Assembly (NCBI RefSeq): GCF_004010195.1
Contig: NW_025214155.1
Span: forward strand, 1 to 39,860
Length of the DNA stretch: 39,860 nucleotides
Origin: Chiloscyllium plagiosum
Lineage: Eukaryota
Direction of reading: 5' to 3'
The notes under the pieces were generated by a model that was not told the DNA's origin, searched no databases, and saw only the letters and a list, made by a program, of their open reading frames with translations. Positions within the stretch are counted from its first letter, which is position 1. Each line of letters starts with the position of its first letter. Of the stretch, positions 1 through 10,683 are shown one piece after another. Both the position numbers and the translations under genes were made by a program.

Positions 1-400
1 CTACCGATGTTAGTGTCATCTGAAAATGTGGTATCATATTTTCTATCCCATCAACTGAGTACAGTAATACTATCGATCTCAAATGAGAACTGAAATCAAT
101 GGCACCCCAGAAATTGCATTTGCCAAAAGAAATTTATTCCATCTGACTCCATTTTGATGGATAACCAATCCTCCATTCAAGCTAATACATTACTCCTAAA
201 CTCATGTTGTCTGATCTTACCACTTACTCTTTGGAGAAGCAACATATCCAAAGCCTTCAGGAAGACCAGATACATTCTATCTCTAGGAATCCTACTATCC
301 ACCTTGCTTGTCACATCTTTAAGTAACTCATTCAAACACTTCAAACCTAATTTATCCTCTGTAAAACCACGTTGACTCCAATGGATTGTGGTTTACCTTT
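1..400 (-). mobile_element. Old CR1-clade LINE reverse transcriptase remnant
   Basis: Reverse complement of 11-28 (ttttcagatgacactaa) resembles the FADDTK motif. 250-285 resembles DVVYLDFQKAF. No intact frame. Confidence 0.7.
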
Positions 401-559
401 GCAAATGTCCTCAACAATGGATTCTAATAATTGTCTTAAATTACAATAGTTTTTCGTTACGTTTTCCTCCCAAATGTATACAGTTACTATAATTTCTTCC
501 CTTTCAAAAACGTTTACGTTTTCTTTGAATTCCTGTTTAATTGGCAAAAGGTTTTAAGA

Positions 560-1255
560 GATCTGCTCCAATTGCTGTTTGAGGCATGTGTGGCTGACAG
601 GACTCATCATTCTGCTGGTGTACAAAATCGATGCGGTGACATCTTTCTGATGTTCCCATGCTGATGCCTCCAAGGCCAGAATGACCTTCTATTATTGATG
701 ATTTAGGGGGTTGAGGGACTATGGAATCCTCCTGTTGCTGTGTAATATTTTGAGGGGCTGATGGGTCTTCTCGTAATTCTCCATAACAGGTGGAGACACT
801 GAACGTTCTCCTCATGTATCCCGGAGATGGGACCGAGGGAGTGATTGGTCTTCTCTTGTTCCCAAACAACAGACATGTGTCTGAATTACCTCTTCCTTTC
901 TCGTGAAAGAAGTGTCAGATTTTTTTTATCCTTATCCAACGCCCTTGAAATCGGCTCGGTGGGTCTGGATGGCCTCCTATTATCCCAGTGTAACAATCTC
1001 CAGTCACTGTGTGATCGCATCCAGTTCCTATGTTACAGACTTGAGGACGCTGAATGGACTGATACTGTTGCTGTTTAACAGGATATTGGTGCAGCATGGC
1101 CGACTGTTATAGGCTCGAGGGGCTAATTGGCCTCCTTCTGTAAATGTATATCAGGCTCCAGGGGCTGAATAGCCTCGTCCTGTTTTGGTGCAACGGGTTC
1201 GAAGGCCTGAATATCCTCCTGTTGTTCCTATGTAACAGGCTGGAGAACGGAAAGG
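560..1255 (+). repeat. Degenerate ~42-bp tandem array (consensus approx. ggctgaatggcctcctcctgttcctgtgtaacaggctcgagg)
   Basis: Unit anchors recur at about 1112, 1154, 1196 and 1238 (42-bp period). More decayed units lie upstream. Confidence 0.75.
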
Positions 1256-1299
1256 ATTCCTCCAGTATTTGTGTAATTCGCTTCACTTGTTGAGTCCTT

Positions 1300-1525
1300 T
1301 TGTCATCTATGTTGAAATAGGACAATCTTAAATTTATGTAAACTCCTATGGCTACTGGGTCAACCTGATCATCGTTTTCGTTATAAGCTAGCACCTTCAT
1401 TGCAGAAATCATCTCTGAGCTGCTTCCAATATTACAACACCCTTTCTTCATTGAAGAGACTAAATCAGTTCACACTATTCCAGATGTGATCTCACTAAGA
1501 CCCTGTACAGCAGCAGCAACACTTT
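1300..1525 (-). mobile_element. Old CR1 LINE 3' ORF2 remnant
   Basis: Reverse complement of 1470-1525 reads VLLLLYRVLVRSHLE*C, matching the CR1 LYRALVRPHLEYC motif. Confidence 0.7.
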
Positions 1526-1599
1526 ACCAGCCTGTTGTCAGGTTCCCAGCTGAGAGCTGTCTCAGCTCTCTGGGGGAAACAGAGCATTGTTGGAAGATC

Positions 1600-4100
1600 A
1601 ATATCCTTCTACTCCACAGCATAACGGGAGATCTCGAGAAATTAATGTTTGAGAAGATCATAAATGATGTGGCGAGATGATCTCTACCATTAATCTCCCC
1701 AGAGCCCACATCGCTCAGATTCCACAGAATCTTGTAAGGTGGAGCGCAAAAAACAGCAAAGCGGAGCAAACATTGATGGGAGTTATATATCAAAGTGGAA
1801 GCTGCAATGCAAAAACAGGAAATTAGATATACACATTTGTGGGTACTTCAGTAATAATGTATTGTTTAAAATATATCAAAACTGTGTTAACCCAATTGAA
1901 TGCTAATGCTGGGAAAAATGGATTTCGTGACCACGTGTGAGATGGTTTGCATGAACATTATGTTGAGCACTGAGCTCGAGATCAGGTTATTTAGGAATTG
2001 CTGTTGAATGATCAGAAGAGATAATTGAATATTTTGCTGGATGGGACCTTTTGGGAACAGTGATCACAATGTATTGGTTTTCTTTTGTGCTGTTTTAGTA
2101 CACGGCGGTTTTTGTTGTATTTGAAGTAACTGTTATGAATCTGAGTCATGCAAACCATGACGGCGTGAGGAGAAAGTGGGGACTACAGATACTGGCGATC
2201 AGAATCGAAGAGTGTGGTGCTGGAAAAGCACAGCCAGTCAGCATACGAAGAGCAGATAAATCGATTTTTTGGACATAAGTCCTTCATAAGAATGAAGCTT
2301 ATGGGCCAAGGGCGCTTAGAGATAAATGAGAAGGGGGTGCGGAAGGGGGGAGGGAGCTGGGATTGCGATATGTAGATGAAGATGATAGGTGATGAAAGGA
2401 GACAGAACAGCTCATCTCTGCATCCATTAAACACATGTGGTCTTCTCTGCATTGGCGAGGCAGGAGGTCAAATTGTGGATCATTTCAGGGAACATCTCTG
2501 GGACAGCCACATTGAACAACTCCATCACCTTGCAGCTAATCACTTTAACTGCCTTTCCCACTCTACCAAGGACATAAGAGTCCTGGACCTGCTCCATCGC
2601 AAAACACGAGCCACCAGAAGCCTGGAGGAAGAAAGCCTCCTCTTCTGTCTTGGGACCCTCCAACCACAGGGGATCATCGTGGATTTCGCCATTTCCCCAT
2701 TTCCCCTAATCCCATTTATCCCACTCCAACCTTCCAAGTCACCACCGCCCTTTTGACCGTTCCTATGTGTCCACCTTCCTCCCTATCAATCTAGTCCACC
2801 CTCCTTCCTCTCCGACTATCACTTTCAACCCACCTTTATCTACCTATTAGAAGAAAGGAGGCAGCTTAGAAAAAAATGCCAAGTGTTGCAGTCAGCCAGT
2901 GGATTCAGAGAAATATAGGACCCAGCAAAGGATGACCAAGAAACTGAAAAGAAAATCAAAAAGCGAAAAAGCGTGTAAACGAAAGAAAAACATAAAGACT
3001 GCAAAAAAGCGTAAATCAATGTATGAAAACAAATGAAAACAAGGCCAAATGTGGAACATTTGGTGTGTGTGCTCAGGATAATTTATTGCAGAGAACAGAG
3101 AATTCGCAGGGAAAAGGAACAGTTTCTTTGTGTCTATCTTCATGGAAGAATGCCCAGAAATTCTTCCAGAAATACCAAGAGACCACGGGACTTGTGTAAG
3201 TAAAGTCTAAGATCATTCTTATTAGTGATGAGGTCATCCTGGAAAAGAAAGCTGGATTGAGTATTTATAAATCTGACAGATCAGATGTAGTTCATACAGG
3301 AATTTCAGAGGAAGCAGCAATAGACATGTTGATTGCATCGCAGATTTTCACTTTATTTTCCAACACATTCCCGAAAGGCATTTAGCAAAACTGGATAAGG
3401 CAAAGGTTACAAATATTGACCAACAATTTAAGAAAGGATGAATTTGGAGAGTGGTGAACTACAGACCTGTTATCTTGTCATCCGCAGTCGGGTATCTGTT
3501 GGACTCGATTACAAAGAACATGGTACTAGATATTTAGAAGGTAATAACATAACTGGGGAATGTGAGAATGTACCGATGAAAGGAAAACCAGAAGTGGTAA
3601 ACATTTTTTGGAATGGTTTGAAGATGATTCTTGTGGACATAGGCAATGAAGAACCAATGTATAACGTATAGTTGGATATTCATGAAATTTTTTAAAGAAC
3701 TCACACACTACGCTCATAAGAAAAGGTAACCTGAGAGGTATTAGGAAGAACATATGCAAATGGGAAAGTAAAAATTCGGTTTACATTCATGTGAATGTAA
3801 TTGGAAGATAGAGGATGTCTTGCACCAGTTGCATCGAGCGTTGGTGAGACTACACTTAGAGTATTGTGTATCGTTCGGAGTCCCAATCTAAGATAGAATA
3901 TACTGACTACAGAGGAACTGCAAAAGGTATTTTCCAAATTAACCCATAAATTGGCAAGATTATCTGACGGGGTAACTCAGCTTGTAATCTCGAGTTTGGA
4001 AACATGAGAGGTGATTGCAGTGAATCTTAGAAACATCGAAAGGACTGAATAGCAGAGGGACATGAGGAAGTACAAGTAGGCGAGATCTGGGAGAATCCCA
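1600..4100 (+). mobile_element. Very old CR1 LINE ORF2 remnant (APE endonuclease to RT), interrupted by a PLE at ~2175-2850
   Basis: gggaacagtgatcacaatgta near 2053 translates to GNSDHNV (APE SDH motif). Decayed RT-region motifs at 3400-3900 include NYRPV-like and LVRLHLEYC-like (3841-3870). Confidence 0.65.
2175..2850. mobile_element. Penelope-like element fragment: minus-strand terminus (2175-2400) joined to a plus-strand GIY-YIG region (2410-2850)
   Basis: ORF 2376-2756 contains CGLLCIGEAGGQIVDHFREH...ANHFN...RSLEEESLLFCLGTLQPQGI (GIY-YIG endonuclease C-terminal part). The left arm matches the PLE terminus repeated elsewhere in the window. Confidence 0.8.
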
Positions 4101-4225
4101 CGATATTCTACACGGACAAGTAGAACTGAATAATCAACAAACAGTTAGTGTCCATTAGAAACCAAAGGGGCAATCTGTGTGTCAAGCTGGAGAACATTGA
4201 TGGATTGTTACAATGGACCCCATCC

Positions 4226-4320
4226 CGACTCTCTGTCTCTACTCTCTGTCCCCCTCTCTCTCTGCCCCCCTCTATCTGTCCCACTCTCTCTGCCCCCTCT
4301 CTCTGCCCCCTCTCTGTCCC
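4226..4320 (+). repeat. CT-rich simple repeat (ctctctgYccccc-like units)
   Basis: Directly visible repeated ctctctgtccc/ctctctgcccc units. Confidence 0.85.
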
Positions 4321-4449
4321 AGCTTGTCCCAGCTGTAAAGTCTACAATGTTGTAGGTAGAAAGGGACATGCTTAAAGTGAAAGGCAGGGGATTGAGAGAG
4401 GATTTGTGAGTCTGTGTTGAACTGAGAGGGTGGCACAGACACAGAATAT

Positions 4450-4770
4450 AAAATTCTGTTCGTGTGGAACTAGGCTCTTTGGTCCAACAAATCTACATTT
4501 ACCCTCCAAAGATTAACCCACACAAACATGTTTCACCTATATTTATCCCTGACCTACACATCCCTGAACACAATGGGCAATTAAGCATGGCCAATTCACC
4601 TAAACTGCACATCTTTGGATTGTGGGAGGAACCCGAAGTACCTAGAGGAAACGATGCAGACACGGGAAGAATGTGCAAAATCCATATCGGCTGTCACCCG
4701 AGGCTGGAATCATTCCTGGGTCCCCGCGCTCGAAGGCTGGAGTTCTAACCACTGAGCTACCATTCTGCCC
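4450..4770 (-). mobile_element. tRNA-derived HE1/V-SINE-like element inserted in an old CR1 3' end
   Basis: Reverse complement begins gggcagaatggtagctcagtggttag (A box). The body matches the SINE copies at 16680 and 38241. CR1 3'-like sequence lies on both flanks (4360-4435, 4772-4860). Confidence 0.85.
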
Positions 4771-4974
4771 CTGGTGACATGTGGCTGGAGTGCATTCACT
4801 CGGCGCGTGATTGAGCAGATAATCTCACAAACTTTCAAAAAAGCCTTTGGATATGCACTTGGTGTTGCAGGCTCGCATTTTCATTCAATGATTCTATGTG
4901 GTGGCAGCCATGAACACTGATATATTCTGAAGCAATAACTAATGGCAGTTCCTGGTTTGTTCCATTGACTGTCT

Positions 4975-5330
4975 CAGTAAGTGAGCCTCCAGTGAAGTGC
5001 TGGCGTTATGTCCCACTTTCTATTTAAGTGTTTCGATTTCCTTGCGTTGGTCATGCAAATTCCTCTGTCGATGATGTCATTTCCGGACCTTTTCGTCAGA
5101 GGGTGGGAGATGGCATCGAAATTGATGTGTTTGTTGGTGGAGTTCCGGTTGGAATGCCGTGTTCTAGGAATTCTTGGGCTTGTCTCTGTTTGGCCTGTCC
5201 TAGGATGGATATGCAGATTTGTCAGAATGGCGTACTTCCTTATCAGTATGCAAGAAATTAGTGTTGGGGTCATGTATTTTGTGGCTAAGAGAGTTTTGTA
5301 CTCTATTATGTGTCAGCTGTGAATGAAAGT
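4975..5330 (-). mobile_element. Penelope-like element 3' end (second family), GIY-YIG C-terminus
   Basis: Frameshifted ILGQ..Q..REFLE.HSNRNSTNKHINFDAISHPL motif, homologous to 29880-30030. Confidence 0.75.
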
Positions 5331-5789
5331 CAGTTTCCAATTATTTCACATTGTAAATGCTCGCAAATATCTGATTATTTGGTGCAGCATAAGCATTTAA
5401 AATGCAAGTAATGCAAGGTCAGCTTCATTATGAAGTCTAATTATTACTCAGAACATGAATAATTTACATGTGTTGTTCTAATTGCTAAAACAAATATATC
5501 ATTGCTTTGGCACAAAACCCTTTGGAAAGCTTTGACGTTTCTTTGACACAATATTATGTTCGTTGTCTTTTTTACTCTCCACATTTCATATTAAATATCA
5601 TTCATTCTAAAAATTCGAAGTTTGCAGTGCCTTGTGTCTCACAAAGAAACCTCTAAATCCGTATCCAATAAATGTCACATTCTCCAGTATCAAAATGAAA
5701 TCGTACATATCTGTGAATGGTCAGAGATTACTACATGGATCACACAGTAGAATGTATGTGAAGTAACTAGCAGCAAACAGCAATCCATA

Positions 5790-5975
5790 AATCACGCTGA
5801 CACCCCAACACTCACTCTGTCAGTCAACCTGAGACGGTCACATTCACTCAGTCACTGACACCTGCAAACCCCACAGTCAGTCACTGACACCTGGATCCCC
5901 TCACACTCATTCCATCACCGTTTCCCTGAACGCCTCGTATTCACTCCGTAATTGTTTCCCTGAACCCCTCGCTCT
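5790..5975 (+). repeat. Degenerate short minisatellite (~28-33 bp; tcactgacacc / gtttccctgaac cores)
   Basis: Repeated cagtcactgacacctg (about 5849 and 5878) and gtttccctgaac (about 5920 and 5954). Confidence 0.6.
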
Positions 5976-5984
5976 CGAAGTCTC

Positions 5985-6320
5985 TGAATGAACTCTCACC
6001 ATCTCAACGTACAGCTGGAGTGAGATCCTCCATTAAGCATGATGTTGTTCACAAACATGTCAGCAGATACACTCTGATAGAGTTGGCCATTCCCAAAAGT
6101 GTCTGATCTCAATGCAGAAGACAAGCCTGTCTTCTCGGAGATGGCAGATGGCCTCCTTTGACTTGGGACAAGCCATCCGGTGCTCTCCTCTCCATCAGCA
6201 AACCACATTAATGTAACACATGTGTAGCTATAGCAATGGAGCCAGGAGGAACAACTTGGGGCAGTCTGTCTGTGCAGTCTCTGCTTCATCGGTTTGTCGT
6301 GTTGCAGCATCAATGACATC
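5985..6320 (+). mobile_element. PIF/Harbinger (HARBI1-like) DDE transposase relic, copy 1
   Basis: Plus-strand translation gives NSHHLNVQLE*D (compare HSLNVQLVCD) and CLLGDGRWPPLTW (compare WLLGDxGYPLxxWL). It has stops and frameshifts. Confidence 0.7.
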
Positions 6321-6500
6321 CTCCTATTTCAGTGGAACAGTTTGGAGGGGCTGAATGGTCTCTTCTTTTCTGTGTCAGTGTCTCAAGGGGTTGTATATCC
6401 TCCTCCTCATCCCAGGGAAGAGGTTCACTATTGGGTGACTCATGGTAGCTGCTAACCAGCGTGTTGTGCTGACTAGACTCCTTATCATCCTGTGTAATAA

Positions 6501-7666
6501 TAGACCAACAGGAGGCTGGAAGAACACCACAGGCCAGGAAGCATCAGGAGGTGGAGAAGTCAATATTTCCGGTATAACTACTGGGGTGGGGATAGGGGGA
6601 GATACAGATAAAAAGAGAAGGAAATGATCGGGGCTGGGGAGAGCAGGGGAAGAGGAATTGAAATGGGTGGTGACTGGGAGCTCACGTCGCTCCCTTTGGG
6701 CTCGGCTGTGTTGGTTGGGAAAATGTGCCCTTAGTTTATGTTTAGCCTCCCCAGTGTAGGGAATACCAAAACGGATGCACCAGATGCAGTACACTAAGTT
6801 TGAAGGGAGGCAGGTGAATCTCTGTTCAACCTGGAAGGTCTGTTTGGGGCGCTGGGTGGAGGTGAGGGAGATTGTGTGCCAGCAGGTAATGCATCTTTTC
6901 CGTTTGCAGGGGCAGTTGTCAGTGGGGATTGGAGGATTTGTTGGGGAGTGTGGCACGAACCAAAGATTAGCGAAGGGAATGGTCCTTGTGGAAAATGTGA
7001 CAGGTGTTGGGATCCAACCTAGATTACTGCATCTGGTGCTCCCGATGTGGTCTTCTCTACATCGGCGATCACAAGCGTAAACTAAGGGGATGTTTTGCTG
7101 AGCATTACAGCTGTGCCCGTAAGGGCTGAGCTGACCTCCCAGTCACTGCCTATTTCAATTCCTCCTCCCACACCCTTTCCAACGTGGCCATCCTTGACTT
7201 CCTCCATTGCCACAATGAAACAAAACGCAAATTGGATGAACAACACTTCACCTTTCGCCTGGGCAGCCTACAGCCCGGGGGACTCAACATTGAGTTCTCC
7301 AATTTCAAATAACCTCCCCTCCAATCCCCCAAAACATTTCCAGCCCCTCCTCCTCCCTTCCGTTCTTCTGATCAGCCCTTCCATCTCCCAACTGGATTCA
7401 TTCCTCCCATCGACGAACCCGGTCATAATCTGTACTTTTTTTTTACTTATCCCAACCTCACCATCCTGTCTCCACCTCCCCACCCCTCCTCTTTAAAAGT
7501 AGACCCCCTTAACCAGCTTCCCCCCACACACACTCCCAGTCCTGAAGAAGGCTTTTACTGAAGTCGTTGACTTCTCACCTCCTGATGCTGCCTCTCTTGT
7601 TGTGTTGTTCCGGCGTCCTGACTGCCTACTTTCCAATTCCAACAATTGCAGATACTTTTAAAAAAT
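6501..7666. mobile_element. Penelope-like element with head-to-head inverted arms (minus 6501-~7000, plus ~7010-7666)
   Basis: Minus arm reads FTCLPSNLVYCIWCIRFGIPYTGEAKHKL. Plus arm reads SNLDYCIWCSRCGLLYIGDHKRKL (GIY-YIG). Termini point outward. The element is absent from the paralogous site at ~20088. Confidence 0.85.
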
Positions 7667-7799
7667 GCCTCAGAGAGTGAATGGGCTGTGTCTCTTCTTA
7701 TCGAATAGTTTCGATGGGCTGAATGGCTTTCTCACATTCCAATGAAACCAGCTTGAGATGCGGCATGAGTTCCTCTTTCTATACTGTGCAAATGTTCAG

Positions 7800-8200
7800 G
7801 GTCCAGCAGTGCTACCACACGAATGATACCTGCACGTTAACAGCATGAGCTTGAATATTGTCCAGGTTTTGATACTTTATGTGAACTTCACTGAATATCT
7901 TCACTTCTGATCGAATGACAGAAAGAAAGACATTGATGAAGCAGCTGAAGATATTCGTGCTAAGGAAGCTACCCTAAGGATCAGACACAGAGCTATCCAG
8001 GGACTGAGAGGATTGATGTCCACCAGCCACATTGTGTTCTGAATGACTCCCCACAACCAGAGGGGAGTTTCCAACTGATTCCTATTAAATTCAGTCTTGT
8101 ACCGACCCTTTGAATCATTGCTCATTCAAATCTTGGTGTAATGTCAGGGCCAGTCACTCTGACGCTGTGTTCATATCTTTTGTTCATGTCAATAGGCCAA
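7800..8200 (-). mobile_element. Very old CR1/L2-group LINE RT remnant
   Basis: Reverse complement of 7930-7980 resembles QGSVLGPxIFSCFIND. A paralog lies at 20210-20620. Confidence 0.55.
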
Positions 8201-8469
8201 GGTATATTTGTGGGGGTTCTTTCCTTCTCTCAGAGGATAGTGATTGTTGGTGCTGCTCTATCCCAGACATTTGCATCCCTGAAATGATTGGGAGGGGGTG
8301 AGGAGGGTGTCAATTAATTTTGAGAGAGTCGAGAGCTACAAAGATTTGAGCATGAAGGAGAAATTGCTGCCAAAAGGAGGTCAGCTCTGACCTTACTGAA
8401 GGGAAGGGCAGATTTCAGGAGCTAAATAGCCTTGTGTTATTCCAACATTCCCCAGAGTCCAGTCAGTTT

Positions 8470-8665
8470 GCGGCCTCTTCCATTTCCTGTGTTACTGACC
8501 TGAAGGAGCTGAATAGACGGATCCTGTCGCTGCATAACTGTATTCTGGTGCTGCATGATCTATTCTCGGTACATTTGTATAGGTTTGATTGGTTGATTGG
8601 CCTCCTCCTGTCACTGTATATCAGGCTCCAGGGTTTGAAAAGCCTTATCTTGTCCTGTTGTAACT
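8470..8665 (+). repeat. Degenerate 42-bp array segment (third copy)
   Basis: Aligns unit by unit with 1030-1195 and 36683-36856. Confidence 0.7.
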
Positions 8666-8699
8666 GAAATCCATATTGACTAAATCTACCACCCTAGCA

Positions 8700-8895
8700 G
8701 GAAGTGAGCACTGCAGATGCTGGAGATCAGAGTCCACAAGTGTGGTACTGGAAAAGCATGGCCGGTCATGCTACATCCGAGGAACAGGATAATCGATGTT
8801 TTGGACATTCCTGATGAAAGGCTTATGCTCGAAACATCGATTCTCTTGTTCCTGCCTGACCTGCTATGCTTTTTCCAGTGCTACACTTTTTGACG
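8700..8895. mobile_element. Short palindromic element made of two inverted PLE termini, with a hammerhead-like motif
   Basis: Left arm gtgtggtactggaaaagcat pairs with right arm atgcttttccagtgctacac. CTGATGA-AAGGCTTATGCTC-GAAACATC lies at 8811-8838. Confidence 0.75.
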
Positions 8896-8935
8896 TCTAC
8901 TGCCCCGACCTAGTCAACCTTCCTGGTCACGTCAT

Positions 8936-9727
8936 CAAATAACTTAAAGAAAATTTTCAAGCATGATCGCCCGCACACAAAGCCAATCTCAATATTCCTA
9001 ATCAAACCTTGTCTTTCCAAATTAATGTACATCTTATCCTTCAAACTTTTCTCAATTTTAACAGATGTTAAACTCACTGTTCATAGTTTCAATGCTTGGT
9101 TTTCAGTCATTCTTAAGTAAGGGCACAATGTTTGATATCCTCCAGCCTTCCAGGATCTAAACTCTGGTTAATGATGACCAAAATCATCAGCCAGGTCCGA
9201 CGCAAATGCTTCTCTAGCCCCTTACAGTGTTCTTGGATATATCTGGTAAGAAACGTAAGATATATCCAACCTCAAGCATTTTAATACGTCCAGTACCTCC
9301 TCTAATGTGATATGGACTATCCCTAACAAACCAAATAACTTAAAGAAAATTTTCAAGCATGATCGCCCACGCACAAAGCCATTCTCAATATTCCTAATCA
9401 AACCTTGTCTTTCCAAATTAATGTACATCTTATCCTTCAAAATTTTCTCAATTTTAACAGATGTTAAACTCACTGTTCATAGTTTCAATGCTTGGTTTTC
9501 AGTCATTCCTGAGTAAGGGCACAATGTTTGATATCCTCCAGCCTTCCAGGATCTAAACTCTGGTTAATGATGACCAAAATCATCAGCCAGGTCCGACGCA
9601 AATGCTTCTCTAGCCCCTTACAGTGTTCTTGGATATATCTGGTAAGAAACGTAAGATTTATCCAACCTCAAGCATTTTAATACGTCCAGTACCTCCTCTA
9701 ATGTGATATGGACTATCCCTAACAAAC
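8936..9727 (+). repeat. 396-bp direct tandem duplication (8936-9331 / 9332-9727)
   Basis: caaataacttaaagaaaattttc starts at 8936 and 9332. Only a handful of substitutions separate the copies. Confidence 0.95.
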
Positions 9728-10250
9728 CACCATGAACTTCGCCAAGTTCCTAAGTATTCATGTCTTCCTCCATGTTAAACACACAGGAGAAATTTCTGTT
9801 GATGACCTCGCCCAAGTCTTATGGTTTCACTCATACATGTCACTTTGGTCTTTGAGGGGTCCTATTTTTTTAACTAGTTATTGTTTTTCTTTAATATACT
9901 GAAAATACTAGTTTGGATTCATCTTAATCTTCTCAGCCAAGGCTCTTTCGTGTCCCTTTTCGCACAACTGATTTCATTCTTCAGTAAATTCCTGCATCCC
10001 TTATATACCGCCAGGGATTCACTTGATCCCAGCTGCCTGTAACGGAGCTGCTTTATTTTCCAGTCAAAGCCTAAATATCTCTTGTCATCCAGTGTTCCCC
10101 ATTCCTGCCAACTTTCCTTTCACCTCCACAGTAACAAATATTCCTTGAACTCCAGTATCTCACGTTCAAAGGAATCCCACCTGCCAGAGGTCCCTTTGCC
10201 GTCAACAAACTCTCCCAGCAAACCCCTGCAAACTCCTATCTAATTCCATC

Positions 10251-10683
10251 TAAATTCGTCTTGCCCCAATTTAGAACTTGAAGCTGTGGACCAGTTTTGT
10301 CTCTCACCATAAATATGTCAAAATTAATAGAACTATGGCCATTGGTTCCAAAGTGTTCCCACACTGTCACTTCCGTCACCTGTCTGTCTTATTTCCTAAG
10401 AGTAGGTCGAATTTTATCCCTTCCCGAGAAGGCCCAACGACATACTGCTTCAGGGAATTTTCCTGGCACATAAATTCGTCTTGCCCCAGTTTAGAACTTG
10501 AAGCTGTGGACCAGTTTGGTCTCTCACCGTAAATATGTCAAAATTAATAGAACTATGGCCATTGGTTCCAAAGTGCTCCCACACTGTCACTTCCGTCACC
10601 TGTCTGTCTTAAGAGTAGGTCGAATTTTATCCCTTCCCGAGAAGGCCCAACGACATACTGCTTCAGGGAATTTTCCTGGCACA
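10251..10683 (+). repeat. 220-bp direct tandem duplication (10251-10470 / 10471-10683)
   Basis: taaattcgtcttgcccca starts at 10251 and 10471. The second copy has a ~7-bp deletion. Confidence 0.95.

Noticed and set aside
845..1112. Leucine-rich short ORFs (also 8434-8667 and 36299-36833) resembling LRR proteins
   Set aside because: They are translations of the 42-bp satellite. Frames are not conserved between copies.
5996..6325. Minus-strand 107-aa ORF with apparent AG/GT splice sites and an Ig-constant-like PKLFLLAP string
   Set aside because: The paralog at 19628-19947 is disrupted by stops and frameshifts on the minus strand. The plus strand of both copies carries clear Harbinger transposase motifs.
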